Positions 34,354-45,380 of a stretch of DNA of 64,000 bases are shown piece by piece. The DNA is taken from positions 1 to 64,000 of the IMG/VR virus record IMGVR_UViG_3300045988_131144; one strand, written 5' to 3'. Source of the DNA: a virus. Positions within the stretch are counted from its first letter, which is position 1, and each line of letters opens with the position of its first letter. The notes under the pieces were generated by a model, which was not told the origin of the DNA, did no database searches, and saw nothing but the letters and a program-made list of their open reading frames with translations. The translations under genes were made by a program, and so were the position numbers.

Positions 34354-37300
34354 ATGAGCACAATAGTACAGATACAAGTAAATGTAAATGACGCAAAAGC
34401 GATAGCCTCGCTTACCAACATAGAGAACATCGGCAAAAGACTGAGCAGCACACCGATAGAGATAAAGGTCAACGCCGGGGCTGTTGACAAAGTCTCAAAG
34501 TCGGTTATCCAACTGGCAAAAGAGCAGACCAAACAGGCTACTGCAAGCGCAAAGCAGGCAGCGGCAGAAGCTAAAGTTCAGGTCGCGCAGGAAAAAACGA
34601 AGCAAACTTCTAACAGACTTGCCGCACAGCAAGAGAAAACCGCGCAGTCGGCCAACAGATTGGCCACTGGGCAGACCAAAGCCGCATCCGCAACGCAAAA
34701 AGCGGGCACCGAGGCGCAGAAAACTTCGGCGCTGACCGACCTGCTGGGAGACAGCCTTGGTCGTATCGTTGCCAAACAGGCCGCATGGCAACTCATAGGC
34801 AACGGAATAGCCGGAGTAAAGAACGCCTTCGTTGATGCCCTCGACACAATGAAAGAGGTCGACAGTGAGCTTGCGACCGTGCGCAAGGTCACCGGCATGA
34901 CCAAGGACGAGATGGATGCTCTTGGCGAATCGGCGTACTCCACCGCATCTAAGTACGGCGTTGCAGCAAACGAGTACCTCCAGAACGTTTCTACTTTCGC
35001 CCGTGCAGGTTACAAAGAAGCCGCACAGGGTCTTGGCGAGTTGGCCATAAAGACGCAGCTCGTCGGCGACACGGATCAGGAGACAGCATCGCAGTTTCTC
35101 CTTTCGGCTGATGCAGCGTGGAAATATCACGGCAATGTTGAAAAGCTTTCCCTCGCGCTGGATGAAGCCAATACCATAGACAACAACTATGCAACATCCA
35201 TCCAGAAAATAGCTGAAGGCTTGCCCATTGTTGCAAATGTGGCCTCAATGGCTGGAATGTCCATGGAAGAAACCATGGCCATGCTCGGCACGATCACCGC
35301 CACTACGCAGGAGAGCGGTACAAAGGCGGCAACTGCGGCCAGAGCGCTTATTCTCAATATTCTGGGCGATACTACTACCGAAATTTCGGATGGCGTGACA
35401 GCAACCGAGGAATCCGTACAGTCTCTTAGCGGCATACTCCAGAAGTACGCCCCCGATGTTGTCGCGGCGGCAGAGGCCACAGGGAAGCTTATAAACCCGA
35501 TGGAAGCCATCGAAGCACTGTCAAAGGCGGCCAAGGATGGACTTATCTCCGAAGCAGATTTGATGCAGATGGTCTCTGCCCTCGGCGGAAAACTCCGCAC
35601 GAACCAGCTCCTTGCGATCCTTGAAAACTTTGATATGTACAAAAGCATGTTGGCTGATATGGGCGTCGCTGCGGGCAGCGCCGATCAGGAAGTCAGCGTC
35701 ATGCTCGATACTTGGGACGCGAAGGCAAATATTCTCAATAACACATGGACTGAATTTATTGCCCACATGGCCGATACCTCAGCCATCAAGGGCGGCCTCG
35801 ACGTTATTACCGGGCTTGTTAAAGTTCTTGACAGCGACTTTGGGCACTTGGTAATAACTGCAACGGCGGCGACAACAGCAGTAGCGCTGCTGGGCAAAGC
35901 TTTTTCGGCCATAAACGGTTCAGCGCTCATCTCCACATTGAAAGGTATGACGAAGAGCGCTGCGGACTTCAAGGCGGGGTGGTCGTTACTTACAGAGGGG
36001 TTACGAGCAAACCCATTCACTGTTGTGACGGCGGCTATTACAACGCTGATAGTAGGGATAAACTTAGCCGTTGATGCCACAGAACGTGCCTATGACAAGA
36101 TTATAGACCGTGGGAAGGAAGCAAAAAGCGAAGCTGAGAATATTTCCGGACTTTACTCTGAATACACAGCGGCGGCAAGTGCCGTAGATGGCACTGCAGA
36201 AGCTGACAAGCGCCTGGAACAAGCATCCAAAGACCTCGCCAAAGCCCTTGGAGCGGAACAGGGAGAAGTAGACGGCCTTGCCAACAGTTACGAAAAACTA
36301 ACTCAGGATAAGCTAGAAGCCCTTTCGGAAGACGCAGCCGCGGCCGTAATGGCTGCGGAATATAAGCTTACGGATCCAGCACTTAATAAGGGTGGCATAT
36401 TCGGTGAAATGCCCTCGGGGCTGCTGATGGCGTTGGGAAAAGAGACCGGCGAGATTGTGACGACGGCGGAACAGTATTCCGCGGCCTATGAAAAGCTTCG
36501 CTCTATACGGTCTCAAATGCTGAAAGATGACGAGAAGACCACCAAAATTAATGGCAAAACTTTCCGGTATGACCAAATTGAAAAAGCAATCGAAAGCCTT
36601 AAGCCACGGGTAGAAGCTTACAATGACGCCTTAGCCGATCAGCAGGATATATTAGACATCATTGAAGGAAAGAGCACCGATACCTCCGATTCTGTTGGGG
36701 ATTCGTTTGAGGAAGTAAAGAGCTCGGTCGACGCAGCGACAGAAGCTTTACAGAGATACAACGCCGAACTTGACGGGCTGGCTGACAAAGAAGCCAACGC
36801 AAATGCGATGCAGACAGCCTTCAACAACGCCATGAAGGACTTTCAGGCAGGCAAAGTCAGCTCGGCATACGTCAAGTCTTTCTACGACCAGTTTATCCCC
36901 GACGATATAAAAGAGCAGTTTGGGTATAGCGTCGCCGATGCCATGGAATGGGCGATGAGCGACAGCAACCTCGGCAAAATATTCAACAGCGGCGATATGT
37001 TTGGTGCATTTTATGATGTCATCAATGAAGCCGCGCAGGGTGGCTCACTCGACGGAATCGTCTCGTTCGATGACAGCGGGGCGATCACAGCGATCTCCTC
37101 CTATAAGGAACTCGCAGAACAACTCGGAATAACCGAGGGGATGGCGCAGGCTCTCGCTCAGGGACTCAGTGTCTACATGGACGGTGTCTTCTACACAGGA
37201 GAGGAAGCCTCCAATATCGTATCACAGTTGGGTGACAAACTCGGTGAGGGTTCGCATTCTCTCTCAGACTATGCGTCTGCACTCTCTCAAATCACGGGAC

Positions 37301-39003
37301 AGACGACCGTCGAGGGACTTCTCAGCGTATTTGAGGGGCTGGAACGAGCAGGAGCTGTCAATTGGGCAGATAAACTCGGTGTAGGTTCCGCTGAGGAAGC
37401 CCGTAGTCAAATAATCTCGACAATCGAGGCGCTTCTCGGAGAGACAGACGACGCCAAAGCCAAAGCTAAGGATCCTGTTACGTTTGATGTTGACGCGGAG
37501 ATTGATGAGGCAAACGCAAAGCTTGCTCAATTAGACGAGAAGAAAAAAACCGCCTCCGGTTCGGTGGATGTGCCGGTAACCGTCCCTGGCGCGGCAGAGG
37601 CCGAGCAACAGCTTGGCGATGTTAAGCAAGCGAAGGATGACGCAAGCGGAGACGTGGAGTCTGGCGTGGATGCGTCGGGAGCAGCAGAAGCGGCGAGCGA
37701 ACTGCGTGACGTTGGCGATGCCGCAAACGAAATCCCCGATTCCAAGCAGATACACGTTTCCGTTAGAGACAACGCAAGCGGCGTACTCAATGTAATCTAT
37801 TCACGCCTTGCCTCGATTCGGAGCAAAACCGTCACGATCACCACAATAGAGAAAAAATACAAGCAAACAGCAAGCGGTGCCCTCATCCCAACTAATGCGG
37901 GCGGCACTCAAAATTCTCCCGGTGGTCGCGCGGTGGTCAACGACGGTGCGCCAGTTAATGGCAGTTCGGCAGAACTTATCGTGGACAACGGCGATGCCTA
38001 TATTGCCAATGGCGGCAAAATGGCCATTGTCGACCTGTCCCCCGGTGCCAAAGTCTACACCGCAAAGCAAACCCAAGATATGCTTACCGGCGAGAAAGAA
38101 GAAATTCCGATGCACGCAGGCGGCACAGGGCTTGTAAGACCCGGCGGCAATGGTGGTGTCTACGGCGGCGACCACAGCGGCGGAACTGGCGTCGGCGGCA
38201 GCACAGCCAGCAACACCGAAGAAGATGATCCGCTAAAAAAAGAAGTCAGTGAAAAGCTCGACAACATAGACAAGCAGATTGAGCTTGCCCGGAACCGGAA
38301 TGACCGAGCCAAAGAACAGGCTTTGCAGGAGCAGGCCGCAAAGATGGTTCGAGATTTCGTGCAACAGTACCTCAACAAGGGATACAGCAACACATCAAAC
38401 GAAGTTCTTGATCTTCTGAACCGCGGTTACGGCTACTCTGATGACCTTATGGGCGAGTTGGTCGACTCATTGGAGGCTCTTACCGATTCGACCAACGCAG
38501 CCAATAAGCTTGCAGAGAAGCAACAGGCGGTTGAAAAGGCACGGCAGGAGCTTGAAAACACCAAGAAACAGCGCACGGTCAGAATCTACAATCCAGTCAC
38601 CGGACAGTGGGAATGGGTGGCAAAAGCCGATGACATCCTCAAGGCTCAAGAGAATCTGGCAGAGGCAGAGAAAGATTATCAGGATGCCAAAATCGAGCAG
38701 GAACTTGATGCGATCAAGAACGGCAATATCGGTGATATTGGTGACCTGACCATGAGTCCGGCGTTGCGAGAGTTGATATCCAATGCAAGCGACGAAGAGC
38801 AGAAGCGCATTGCCGATATTCTGCACGCCATTTCAGGCGGTGCAAAGAACACCACCGATACCACCGGCGAGAGCATCTTCCGCAGCACCGACAGTCACGA
38901 CGTATACTACCAGTTCGGTGATTTGAAGCTCTCTGAAGCCGAGGCGAAAAACATGACCGTCAAGGAGCTTGCCGAAAAGCTCAAGACTTTGAAGCTCACT
39001 TAA
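34354..39003 (+). CDS. tail tape measure protein
   Basis: 1549 aa. Ala/Gln/Lys-rich helical N-terminus. Core NYATSIQKIAEGLPIVANVASMAGMSMEETMAMLGTITATTQESGTKAATAARALILNI. Confidence 0.9.
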   Translation: MSTIVQIQVNVNDAKAIASLTNIENIGKRLSSTPIEIKVNAGAVDKVSKSVIQLAKEQTKQATASAKQAAAEAKVQVAQEKTKQTSNRLAAQQEKTAQSANRLATGQTKAASATQKAGTEAQKTSALTDLLGDSLGRIVAKQAAWQLIGNGIAGVKNAFVDALDTMKEVDSELATVRKVTGMTKDEMDALGESAYSTASKYGVAANEYLQNVSTFARAGYKEAAQGLGELAIKTQLVGDTDQETASQFLLSADAAWKYHGNVEKLSLALDEANTIDNNYATSIQKIAEGLPIVANVASMAGMSMEETMAMLGTITATTQESGTKAATAARALILNILGDTTTEISDGVTATEESVQSLSGILQKYAPDVVAAAEATGKLINPMEAIEALSKAAKDGLISEADLMQMVSALGGKLRTNQLLAILENFDMYKSMLADMGVAAGSADQEVSVMLDTWDAKANILNNTWTEFIAHMADTSAIKGGLDVITGLVKVLDSDFGHLVITATAATTAVALLGKAFSAINGSALISTLKGMTKSAADFKAGWSLLTEGLRANPFTVVTAAITTLIVGINLAVDATERAYDKIIDRGKEAKSEAENISGLYSEYTAAASAVDGTAEADKRLEQASKDLAKALGAEQGEVDGLANSYEKLTQDKLEALSEDAAAAVMAAEYKLTDPALNKGGIFGEMPSGLLMALGKETGEIVTTAEQYSAAYEKLRSIRSQMLKDDEKTTKINGKTFRYDQIEKAIESLKPRVEAYNDALADQQDILDIIEGKSTDTSDSVGDSFEEVKSSVDAATEALQRYNAELDGLADKEANANAMQTAFNNAMKDFQAGKVSSAYVKSFYDQFIPDDIKEQFGYSVADAMEWAMSDSNLGKIFNSGDMFGAFYDVINEAAQGGSLDGIVSFDDSGAITAISSYKELAEQLGITEGMAQALAQGLSVYMDGVFYTGEEASNIVSQLGDKLGEGSHSLSDYASALSQITGQTTVEGLLSVFEGLERAGAVNWADKLGVGSAEEARSQIISTIEALLGETDDAKAKAKDPVTFDVDAEIDEANAKLAQLDEKKKTASGSVDVPVTVPGAAEAEQQLGDVKQAKDDASGDVESGVDASGAAEAASELRDVGDAANEIPDSKQIHVSVRDNASGVLNVIYSRLASIRSKTVTITTIEKKYKQTASGALIPTNAGGTQNSPGGRAVVNDGAPVNGSSAELIVDNGDAYIANGGKMAIVDLSPGAKVYTAKQTQDMLTGEKEEIPMHAGGTGLVRPGGNGGVYGGDHSGGTGVGGSTASNTEEDDPLKKEVSEKLDNIDKQIELARNRNDRAKEQALQEQAAKMVRDFVQQYLNKGYSNTSNEVLDLLNRGYGYSDDLMGELVDSLEALTDSTNAANKLAEKQQAVEKARQELENTKKQRTVRIYNPVTGQWEWVAKADDILKAQENLAEAEKDYQDAKIEQELDAIKNGNIGDIGDLTMSPALRELISNASDEEQKRIADILHAISGGAKNTTDTTGESIFRSTDSHDVYYQFGDLKLSEAEAKNMTVKELAEKLKTLKLT

Positions 39004-39018
39004 ACGGGAGGCGGAAAT

Positions 39019-39297
39019 ATGCTCGAAGGAATCATAGAATTTTGGAACGCACTAAAACCCAAGGTAGATCAGGCCGTGACCGAGAGAACTGGGAACTGCC
39101 TGCGCGTGGACAGGTTCGACGTCGTCGCCGCTCCAAGTAACGGGAAGATATCTGTGCGTCAGCCATACGGGCGCACGATATCTATCCCGTACTGCGAAGA
39201 AGTCGCAACCGCCACAGCCGGAGACACAGTGCTTGTCATCTGGTGGGGAAGCCTGTCGACCGGCAAAGCATGGTGTTTCGGCGACGGGCCGAAGTGA
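39019..39297 (+). CDS. hypothetical tail protein
   Basis: Position after the tape measure. Confidence 0.45.
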   Translation: MLEGIIEFWNALKPKVDQAVTERTGNCLRVDRFDVVAAPSNGKISVRQPYGRTISIPYCEEVATATAGDTVLVIWWGSLSTGKAWCFGDGPK

Positions 39298-39313
39298 TGG
39301 GAGGTGAGAAGCT

Positions 39314-40954
39314 TTGCTTTTTCAGCCGTCAAATATAAGCCCTGATGAAATAAACAGCAGCGGTACAGTAGACCTGACGCAGCCGCTGGACATAAGCTGG
39401 CAGGTCAACGGCGACTCGCCTATGCTGGCTTACCAAATAGTTTTTTACGCAAACGACTCCTCATCCACTCAAAAGTACGACACGGGCAAGGTTCTGCTGA
39501 CCACTCCGTTCTGGGGCGTAAACTACGCGGGGGAGACTCAATTCTATACCGTAACCATCCCCAAAGCGACGCTCAGCGCCAACGGAATTACAAACGGCGC
39601 GGAGTACAAGTTCATCATAACCCAGTGGTGGAGCGGCGCGGACTCCGTCACGCAGTCTACGGCGTCGCTCTTTCTCGGCAGAAGCGATCCGACCGTAGCC
39701 ATATCCTATATAAGCAGTCCGTTAACGGGCTATTCCGGGACATTTACCGGAACATACACTCAGGCACAGGGAGACGCTCTCGCATGGGTACGGTGGCGCA
39801 TATGCGAAGTTGACAGCGAAGGCAACCGAGGAGACGCGTTTGTGGACACCGGCAAAATATATGGAACCGGTGAGTTAAGGGTAGACTATTCCGGATTCCT
39901 CAACGACACCAGTTACAGCATCATCCTTGATGTTCAGACGGTAAACGGCGTTGATGCGTCAAGCGGCTGGGTAGACTTCCATGTTGAATACGAGGTATCC
40001 GAAGATTCGGTCGGCAGTGCAAGCGCCTGTCAGACCTCGGACGGAAGCGTACTGGTAACTTGGGCGCAGATAGAAACGACTCAAGGTTACGACATCTATC
40101 GCAGAACGACCGGACAGAGCAATCTTGAAAAGATAGTGACTGTAGGGCGGACAGTCGGGGAGATTCGAGATTGGAGTGCGTGTTCCGGGCAGGAATATAC
40201 ATATTATGTTTTCCCCACAGGCCCATTGGCATACCTCACTGCTGCAATCGTCACCAACGCCGTGAAAGTGCAGTTCTGGATGTGGAATATCATAGAAGCC
40301 ACTCCCAATGCAGACGGCACATATACCGCTGTGGCAAGCTACTTCTTCCGCTTTGGCAGCGGCGGTGTGGCTGAGGGACAGTTCTCCAACAACAACTCCC
40401 CTACCCTGCAGAAGAACTTCACCCGATACCCAACGCGGCAGCCAGAAACGCCTAATTACCTTACCGGCAGCGTCGGCGGTTATATTGGCAAGATAGGCAA
40501 GGATGCAACATACTCGGACACCTTGGCTCAGGCGCGGGCACTGAGGAATCTCTCGACATCTGAAAACACCTTATTCCTGCGTGACCCCAAGGGGCATTTC
40601 CTCAACATCCATACCAATCAGCCAGTCACGGTAAGCGTAGACCATAAGAGCGTGACCATGCCGCAGACCGTGACGGTAAGTTGGGTAGAAGTCGGAGATG
40701 CGACCGGGCTTAAGATAATCAACTCGCCCGAAGCGACGTTCTGGCCGAGTGACGCCATCATATTCACTAGCATAAAGGTCGACCCGTCGACGGGGCGCCT
40801 TATATGGACTACCGAAGACGATTATGAGCTTGGCTCCGTACTTAGTCTCAAAAACGGAAGACTCATTCAGACAACGACTGACGGTTTTACCGTTGCTGGA
40901 CTCGAAATCATTGACGGCAACACCCTTCAGGCGACTTCTAACGTGGGAGGGTGA
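39314..40954 (+). CDS. distal tail (Dit-like) protein, large variant
   Basis: Position after the tape measure. TTG start. Confidence 0.4.
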   Translation: MLFQPSNISPDEINSSGTVDLTQPLDISWQVNGDSPMLAYQIVFYANDSSSTQKYDTGKVLLTTPFWGVNYAGETQFYTVTIPKATLSANGITNGAEYKFIITQWWSGADSVTQSTASLFLGRSDPTVAISYISSPLTGYSGTFTGTYTQAQGDALAWVRWRICEVDSEGNRGDAFVDTGKIYGTGELRVDYSGFLNDTSYSIILDVQTVNGVDASSGWVDFHVEYEVSEDSVGSASACQTSDGSVLVTWAQIETTQGYDIYRRTTGQSNLEKIVTVGRTVGEIRDWSACSGQEYTYYVFPTGPLAYLTAAIVTNAVKVQFWMWNIIEATPNADGTYTAVASYFFRFGSGGVAEGQFSNNNSPTLQKNFTRYPTRQPETPNYLTGSVGGYIGKIGKDATYSDTLAQARALRNLSTSENTLFLRDPKGHFLNIHTNQPVTVSVDHKSVTMPQTVTVSWVEVGDATGLKIINSPEATFWPSDAIIFTSIKVDPSTGRLIWTTEDDYELGSVLSLKNGRLIQTTTDGFTVAGLEIIDGNTLQATSNVGG

Positions 40955-40961
40955 GCGCAGA

Positions 40962-42236
40962 ATGTATAGCAAAAACTGGCAGCAATACCTTTCCACGTTA
41001 AAGACCGACTTCACAAAACTGGCAAAGCTTGAGTTCCTGCAGCCAAACGGAAGCGTTGCCTTCGCTCTGGATAATCAGGTGGCGAACAAACGTTCTAAAG
41101 CCTTTATTCAAGAAGGTGACATTACTGTGAACTTACAGAATGGCAGCCGCAGGCAGGTAAACATCTCCCTTGCAAACCTCGATGGAGCTTATGATTATGC
41201 GCTCAACAAGATATGGTTCGGGCAGCAGATCAGGCTCTCCGAGGGGCTGATACTTCCGGACGGTACAGACTTCTATATCCCACAGGGAGTGTTCCTTGTG
41301 GAGAATCCGGAAGAGGCTTTCGAGCCGGGACTTCGGCAGGCCTCATATCAGCTGACCGACAAATGGGCAGCAATCGACGGAACACTTGGCGGCAACCTTG
41401 AGGGCGCTTACGGCGTGAATGCTGGAACCAACATCTTTGCCGCCATAGCTTCCCTGCTCAGGCTCAACCGCTTTGATATGTCTGGAACGACGGGCGCGCC
41501 CATAGATGCAGTTGCTCCACTCTTTACAAGCTATTACAACGACAAAACGCAGACGCTTACCGACGGCACAAGTGTGAGTTTGATAACCGCGCCTTACGAC
41601 TATCTCAGTTCTGAGACAGGAAATATCGGTGAGGTCATCCTCGGACTTGGCGAGATGCTGGCCGCGTGGGTCGGCTATAACCCGACCGGACGGCTGACCG
41701 TCGACCCGTCACAGGATGACATCCTTGACACGTCAAAACCTGTCCTATGGGACTTCTCAATGGGCAAGCAGCTGATGGGCATCCGGTACGCGCCGAAGCC
41801 CGCCGAGGTATACAACGACGTCATTGTAGTTGGCGCGACGAACAACGAAAGCCTTACCGCCCGTGGCAGAGCGCAGAACCGCGACATTTCCTCTGACACC
41901 TGCATTAGCCGCATAGGGCTGAAAACCAAGCGACTTTCAATGAAGGACTATTACTCAGATGAAATGTGTCAGGCGTATGCCGAATGGCAGCTCAAGCGTT
42001 ATGCCGTGCTGGGCAAGACTGTGACCTTGACCACGACGCAGATGTTCCACATTGTGGAAAACCAGATCATAACCATACGGCGAGAGGACAAGCCCGGATC
42101 GCCCACCGAGAGGCATCTTGTACAGGGCTTCACAAGGCCGATAGGGCAGACGGGAACCATGACCATAAACGCAGTTTCAGTCAACGACTTCCCCATTGCT
42201 ACAGCCGTCATAGACGATGAAAGAATAGGAGCGTGA
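40962..42236 (+). CDS. tail-associated / baseplate hub (Tal-like) protein
   Basis: Position. ORF 40824..42236 trimmed to the Met behind GGGAGGGTGA. Confidence 0.4.
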   Translation: MYSKNWQQYLSTLKTDFTKLAKLEFLQPNGSVAFALDNQVANKRSKAFIQEGDITVNLQNGSRRQVNISLANLDGAYDYALNKIWFGQQIRLSEGLILPDGTDFYIPQGVFLVENPEEAFEPGLRQASYQLTDKWAAIDGTLGGNLEGAYGVNAGTNIFAAIASLLRLNRFDMSGTTGAPIDAVAPLFTSYYNDKTQTLTDGTSVSLITAPYDYLSSETGNIGEVILGLGEMLAAWVGYNPTGRLTVDPSQDDILDTSKPVLWDFSMGKQLMGIRYAPKPAEVYNDVIVVGATNNESLTARGRAQNRDISSDTCISRIGLKTKRLSMKDYYSDEMCQAYAEWQLKRYAVLGKTVTLTTTQMFHIVENQIITIRREDKPGSPTERHLVQGFTRPIGQTGTMTINAVSVNDFPIATAVIDDERIGA

Positions 42237-42242
42237 TAAGAG

Positions 42243-42842
42243 ATGGCACAATACGACCTCGGTAAAGTATCAATCAGACCACGCGGCGCATATGCCGCAA
42301 ATACCAACTACGAGTTTCTTGACAGTGTGCAGAACCTTGGCGGCTCGTGGCTGGCGCTTGCTGCAAGTAAGGATGTTCAGCCCGGGGTCACCGCAGGGTG
42401 GCAAAATTACTGGATGATGATAACACGGGGCATCAAAACCATCGTCGGCAGCAGCCCCGCAGATGGTCAAACCAAAATCACGATAACGTTCACGGACGAC
42501 ACAACTGCTTCGTTTACCTATAATAATGAAGTACTTGCGGACGGTAGTGTGACGTATCAGAAGCTTGCATCAGATGCTGTTAAATTGCAGTTCCTTAACA
42601 CCGCAATCGCCACGGCATCCTTTGTCTCTAACAGTACATATCAGGATTATCCTTACAGGGCATCTGTGGGCCTCACTGGTGTTTTGGCAAGCATGACACC
42701 GGAAATCATCTTTTCGCTTACAGATGCCACGAGTGGGAATTTTGCACCCGTAGCAGAGTGCTATAACGGCGGTATATATCTGTATGCGGCGTCTGCGCCT
42801 GATGCAGCCGTCACGATACCTACAATTATCTGTTGGAGGTGA
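42243..42842 (+). CDS. hypothetical tail fibre-region protein
   Basis: Position. Confidence 0.4.
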   Translation: MAQYDLGKVSIRPRGAYAANTNYEFLDSVQNLGGSWLALAASKDVQPGVTAGWQNYWMMITRGIKTIVGSSPADGQTKITITFTDDTTASFTYNNEVLADGSVTYQKLASDAVKLQFLNTAIATASFVSNSTYQDYPYRASVGLTGVLASMTPEIIFSLTDATSGNFAPVAECYNGGIYLYAASAPDAAVTIPTIICWR

Positions 42843-42850
42843 GTATCTAA

Positions 42851-43795
42851 ATGGCAATAGGAAAAACAAACGCAGGAGGCAGCAGTGGTTCCGGTGGTAC
42901 TCTTACAGTTACCGGCATTGCAGGCGACATCGTGACCGTCAGTAAAGACGGGAAAACCTATACCCGGACATTCAATAGCAGCGGTGTTGCAGTCTTCAAG
43001 GGTCTTTCAACCGGTACATGGACTGTTACCATGACAAACAGTGCGGGCCAGACCGCGACACGAATTGTCGAGATTACGGCTGATTATACACTTACAATAG
43101 CATATTTCTCTGCAACTATCTCCATTACTTACCCAGCACAGAGCACCTGTGTAATTAAAAACAGTTCCGGAGTACAGGTAGCAAGCGACACTAACGCTGG
43201 CACGAGCGCAAAGACGTGGACAGCAACAGTAGGCGCAACTGGGACGTATACTATTACTGCGACAGCGACGGATGGCAGCGGCAAGACGAAGTCTACTACA
43301 GTATCTATTACTACTGATGGACAAAGTGAGAGCGTGACGCTGACGTATGAGTTGATCCTCTTTGACGGCGGCGACAATACAGGTGTTACGGGCGGTTGGA
43401 AAGGAACGAACGTTACACCAACCGTGTCTAACGTGTTGTCTTTTAGTATAACAAACACAGACGCAACGTTCCCTAAAGCTGCCAGTGTTTATACGGAGAA
43501 TAAAATTGACCTCTCAAAATACAACAAACTGACAGTAATAAAATCTGAGGCTAACGGTTGGTATATTGGAGTAGCCGAAAACAAGTTCTCATGGAGCACT
43601 TATCCTCCGGGTGTTGCCGACATAGGTTTTATTGCTTATGCTAACTTGCACACCAGTGATGCTCGTATTGAACTTGATATTAGCGGAATAAACACGGAAT
43701 GTTATGTGGCGACATATGAAATGCTCGGTTCCATAAATCCCGAAGTGGGGGCAAAAAGTAGTTCTGCCACACTTACTAATATCACGCTTAGTTAA
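42851..43795 (+). CDS. putative receptor-binding / tail fibre protein with internal beta-rich repeats
   Basis: Repeated GTWTVTMTN... / KTWTATVGATGTYTITATA... segments. Position before lysis. Confidence 0.4.
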   Translation: MAIGKTNAGGSSGSGGTLTVTGIAGDIVTVSKDGKTYTRTFNSSGVAVFKGLSTGTWTVTMTNSAGQTATRIVEITADYTLTIAYFSATISITYPAQSTCVIKNSSGVQVASDTNAGTSAKTWTATVGATGTYTITATATDGSGKTKSTTVSITTDGQSESVTLTYELILFDGGDNTGVTGGWKGTNVTPTVSNVLSFSITNTDATFPKAASVYTENKIDLSKYNKLTVIKSEANGWYIGVAENKFSWSTYPPGVADIGFIAYANLHTSDARIELDISGINTECYVATYEMLGSINPEVGAKSSSATLTNITLS

Positions 43796-43807
43796 GGGAG
43801 ACAGGAG

Positions 43808-44098
43808 ATGAAAATTTATATTGATAATGAATACAAGTGCCATGTCTCTAATGACGGTAATATGCGCGAATTTGACTTGCCCTTTTTCGCCGGCAAGTGC
43901 GCAGAGTTTGTAGAGGGGTACCGCTATGTGCCGAGCGGCGAGACGTGGACACGTGGGGATGGTCAGGCGTTCAGCGGGGAGATGATAGCCCCATGGAAAC
44001 TATACACCCAGCTTTACAAAGCGCAGTTAGAATATGAGGTAGCGCGATATGAAGCTGCTTTGTCAGAAATCGAGACTGCGTTGGAGGTACAGAAATGA
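43808..44098 (+). CDS. hypothetical protein
   Basis: ORF in the operon. Confidence 0.4.
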   Translation: MKIYIDNEYKCHVSNDGNMREFDLPFFAGKCAEFVEGYRYVPSGETWTRGDGQAFSGEMIAPWKLYTQLYKAQLEYEVARYEAALSEIETALEVQK

Positions 44099-44232
44099 CG
44101 ATAGAAGAACGGAAGAATGCCATCCTTGTCAAAATCACCGAGATAAAGCAGGGTGGAACTGATGAGGAAAAGCAGGACATGAAAGCCGCATTGGATTTAC
44201 TTGGTGTAGTCAATGAGGAGGAAGCAACATGA
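44095..44232 (+). CDS. 45-aa hypothetical protein
   Basis: ATGA coupling on both sides. Confidence 0.35.
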   Translation: MTIEERKNAILVKITEIKQGGTDEEKQDMKAALDLLGVVNEEEAT

Positions 44233-44663
44233 GTTATCTTAATGGAGCTAAAAAGCTTCGCGCGGCGATGGACACCGCGGGGAATGCCCTCTCGGATGCG
44301 CAGGCGCGCACCTGCAAGCTTATCTATCAGCAGTGGTCCAATCTCATAGGCACAACCGCAACGCCGGGACAGCGCTTCCTGTACGGTGATACGCTATACA
44401 GAGTTCGCACCGATGCGTCGGAGCACACCTTCAGCTCCGAGTGGGTGCCGGGCGTGCCGACCGCCGCACTCTACGAGGCTATAGACGAAGAGCACAGCGG
44501 CACGATTGACGATCCTATCCCGTTCACTCAGCCGATGCAGATTTACAATGGCAAGTATTACAGTCAGAACGGTAAGGTCTATCTCTGCACCCGCGACAGC
44601 GGTCAGCCGCTCGCGTACGACCTCGTCGAACTGGTAGGACTCTATGTAACGGAGGTAAGTTAA
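44229..44663 (+). CDS. hypothetical protein (no TM; not a holin)
   Basis: ORF directly upstream of the endolysin. Confidence 0.4.
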   Translation: MSYLNGAKKLRAAMDTAGNALSDAQARTCKLIYQQWSNLIGTTATPGQRFLYGDTLYRVRTDASEHTFSSEWVPGVPTAALYEAIDEEHSGTIDDPIPFTQPMQIYNGKYYSQNGKVYLCTRDSGQPLAYDLVELVGLYVTEVS

Positions 44664-45370
44664 TGGGAATCATCGACAATGCCGTGGACCGCGCGCTTGA
44701 GATCGCGGCGGACAACAGCCACGGCTATGACCAGGCCAACCGCTGGGGGCCTGATTATGATTGTAGTAGCCTTGTGATAGACTGTTTTAAGCACGCTGGA
44801 CTTCCCCTCAGTTGCACGTACACCGGAAACATGCGCAGCGACATGATGCGCTGCGGCTTCGAGGACGTGACGGGCAGCGTTGACCTCGGCACAGGCGCGG
44901 GACTTGAGCGAGGGGATGTGCTCCTGAACCACGTCCATCATACCGCCCTGTATATCGGCGGCGGTCAGCTCGTGCAGGCGAGCGTCAACGAGTACGGCAC
45001 TACGACCGGAGGGCAGACCGGTGACCAGACCGGGCGCGAGATATACATTCGTAGCTATTATAATTATCCTTGGGATGTAGTCCTTAGATATAATGGAAGT
45101 GCTGAAAATATAGCTCCATCAAGCCCTGAAATGCCTAAGCTTAATCGTAATATTACGGTATCTTTGCCTGAGATACAGAATGGTGATATAGATGTTTCTG
45201 TCGCTATGCTTCAGGCGGCGTTAAAGTATAAGGGCTACAATCCAAGATGGGTTGATGGCGAGTTTGGCGCTCAGACCGGAGCCGCACTTAAAGCTTTTCA
45301 GTCCGACCACGGCTTAGACGCTGACGCGATCTGCGGAAAAGCGACATGGAATGAGATAACCAAAGCGTAA
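44663..45370 (+). CDS. endolysin: Cys-peptidase/amidase (NlpC/P60- or Amidase_5-like) domain plus PG_binding_1 domain
   Basis: HGYDQANRWGPDYDCSSLVIDCF...HHTALYIGGG catalytic-like Cys/His. C-terminal LQAALKYKGYNPRWVDGEFGAQTGAALKAFQ. Confidence 0.8.
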   Translation: MGIIDNAVDRALEIAADNSHGYDQANRWGPDYDCSSLVIDCFKHAGLPLSCTYTGNMRSDMMRCGFEDVTGSVDLGTGAGLERGDVLLNHVHHTALYIGGGQLVQASVNEYGTTTGGQTGDQTGREIYIRSYYNYPWDVVLRYNGSAENIAPSSPEMPKLNRNITVSLPEIQNGDIDVSVAMLQAALKYKGYNPRWVDGEFGAQTGAALKAFQSDHGLDADAICGKATWNEITKA

Positions 45371-45380
45371 GCATGCACAC

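Noticed and set aside
33702-34354. Tail assembly chaperone with programmed -1 frameshift
   Set aside because: This is the expected position, but I could not identify a second overlapping frame or a slippery heptamer by eye, so it is not annotated.
42851-43795. Diversity-generating retroelement targeting the tail fibre
   Set aside because: There is no reverse transcriptase ORF and no template/variable repeat pair anywhere in the window. The internal repeats are protein-level beta-sandwich repeats.
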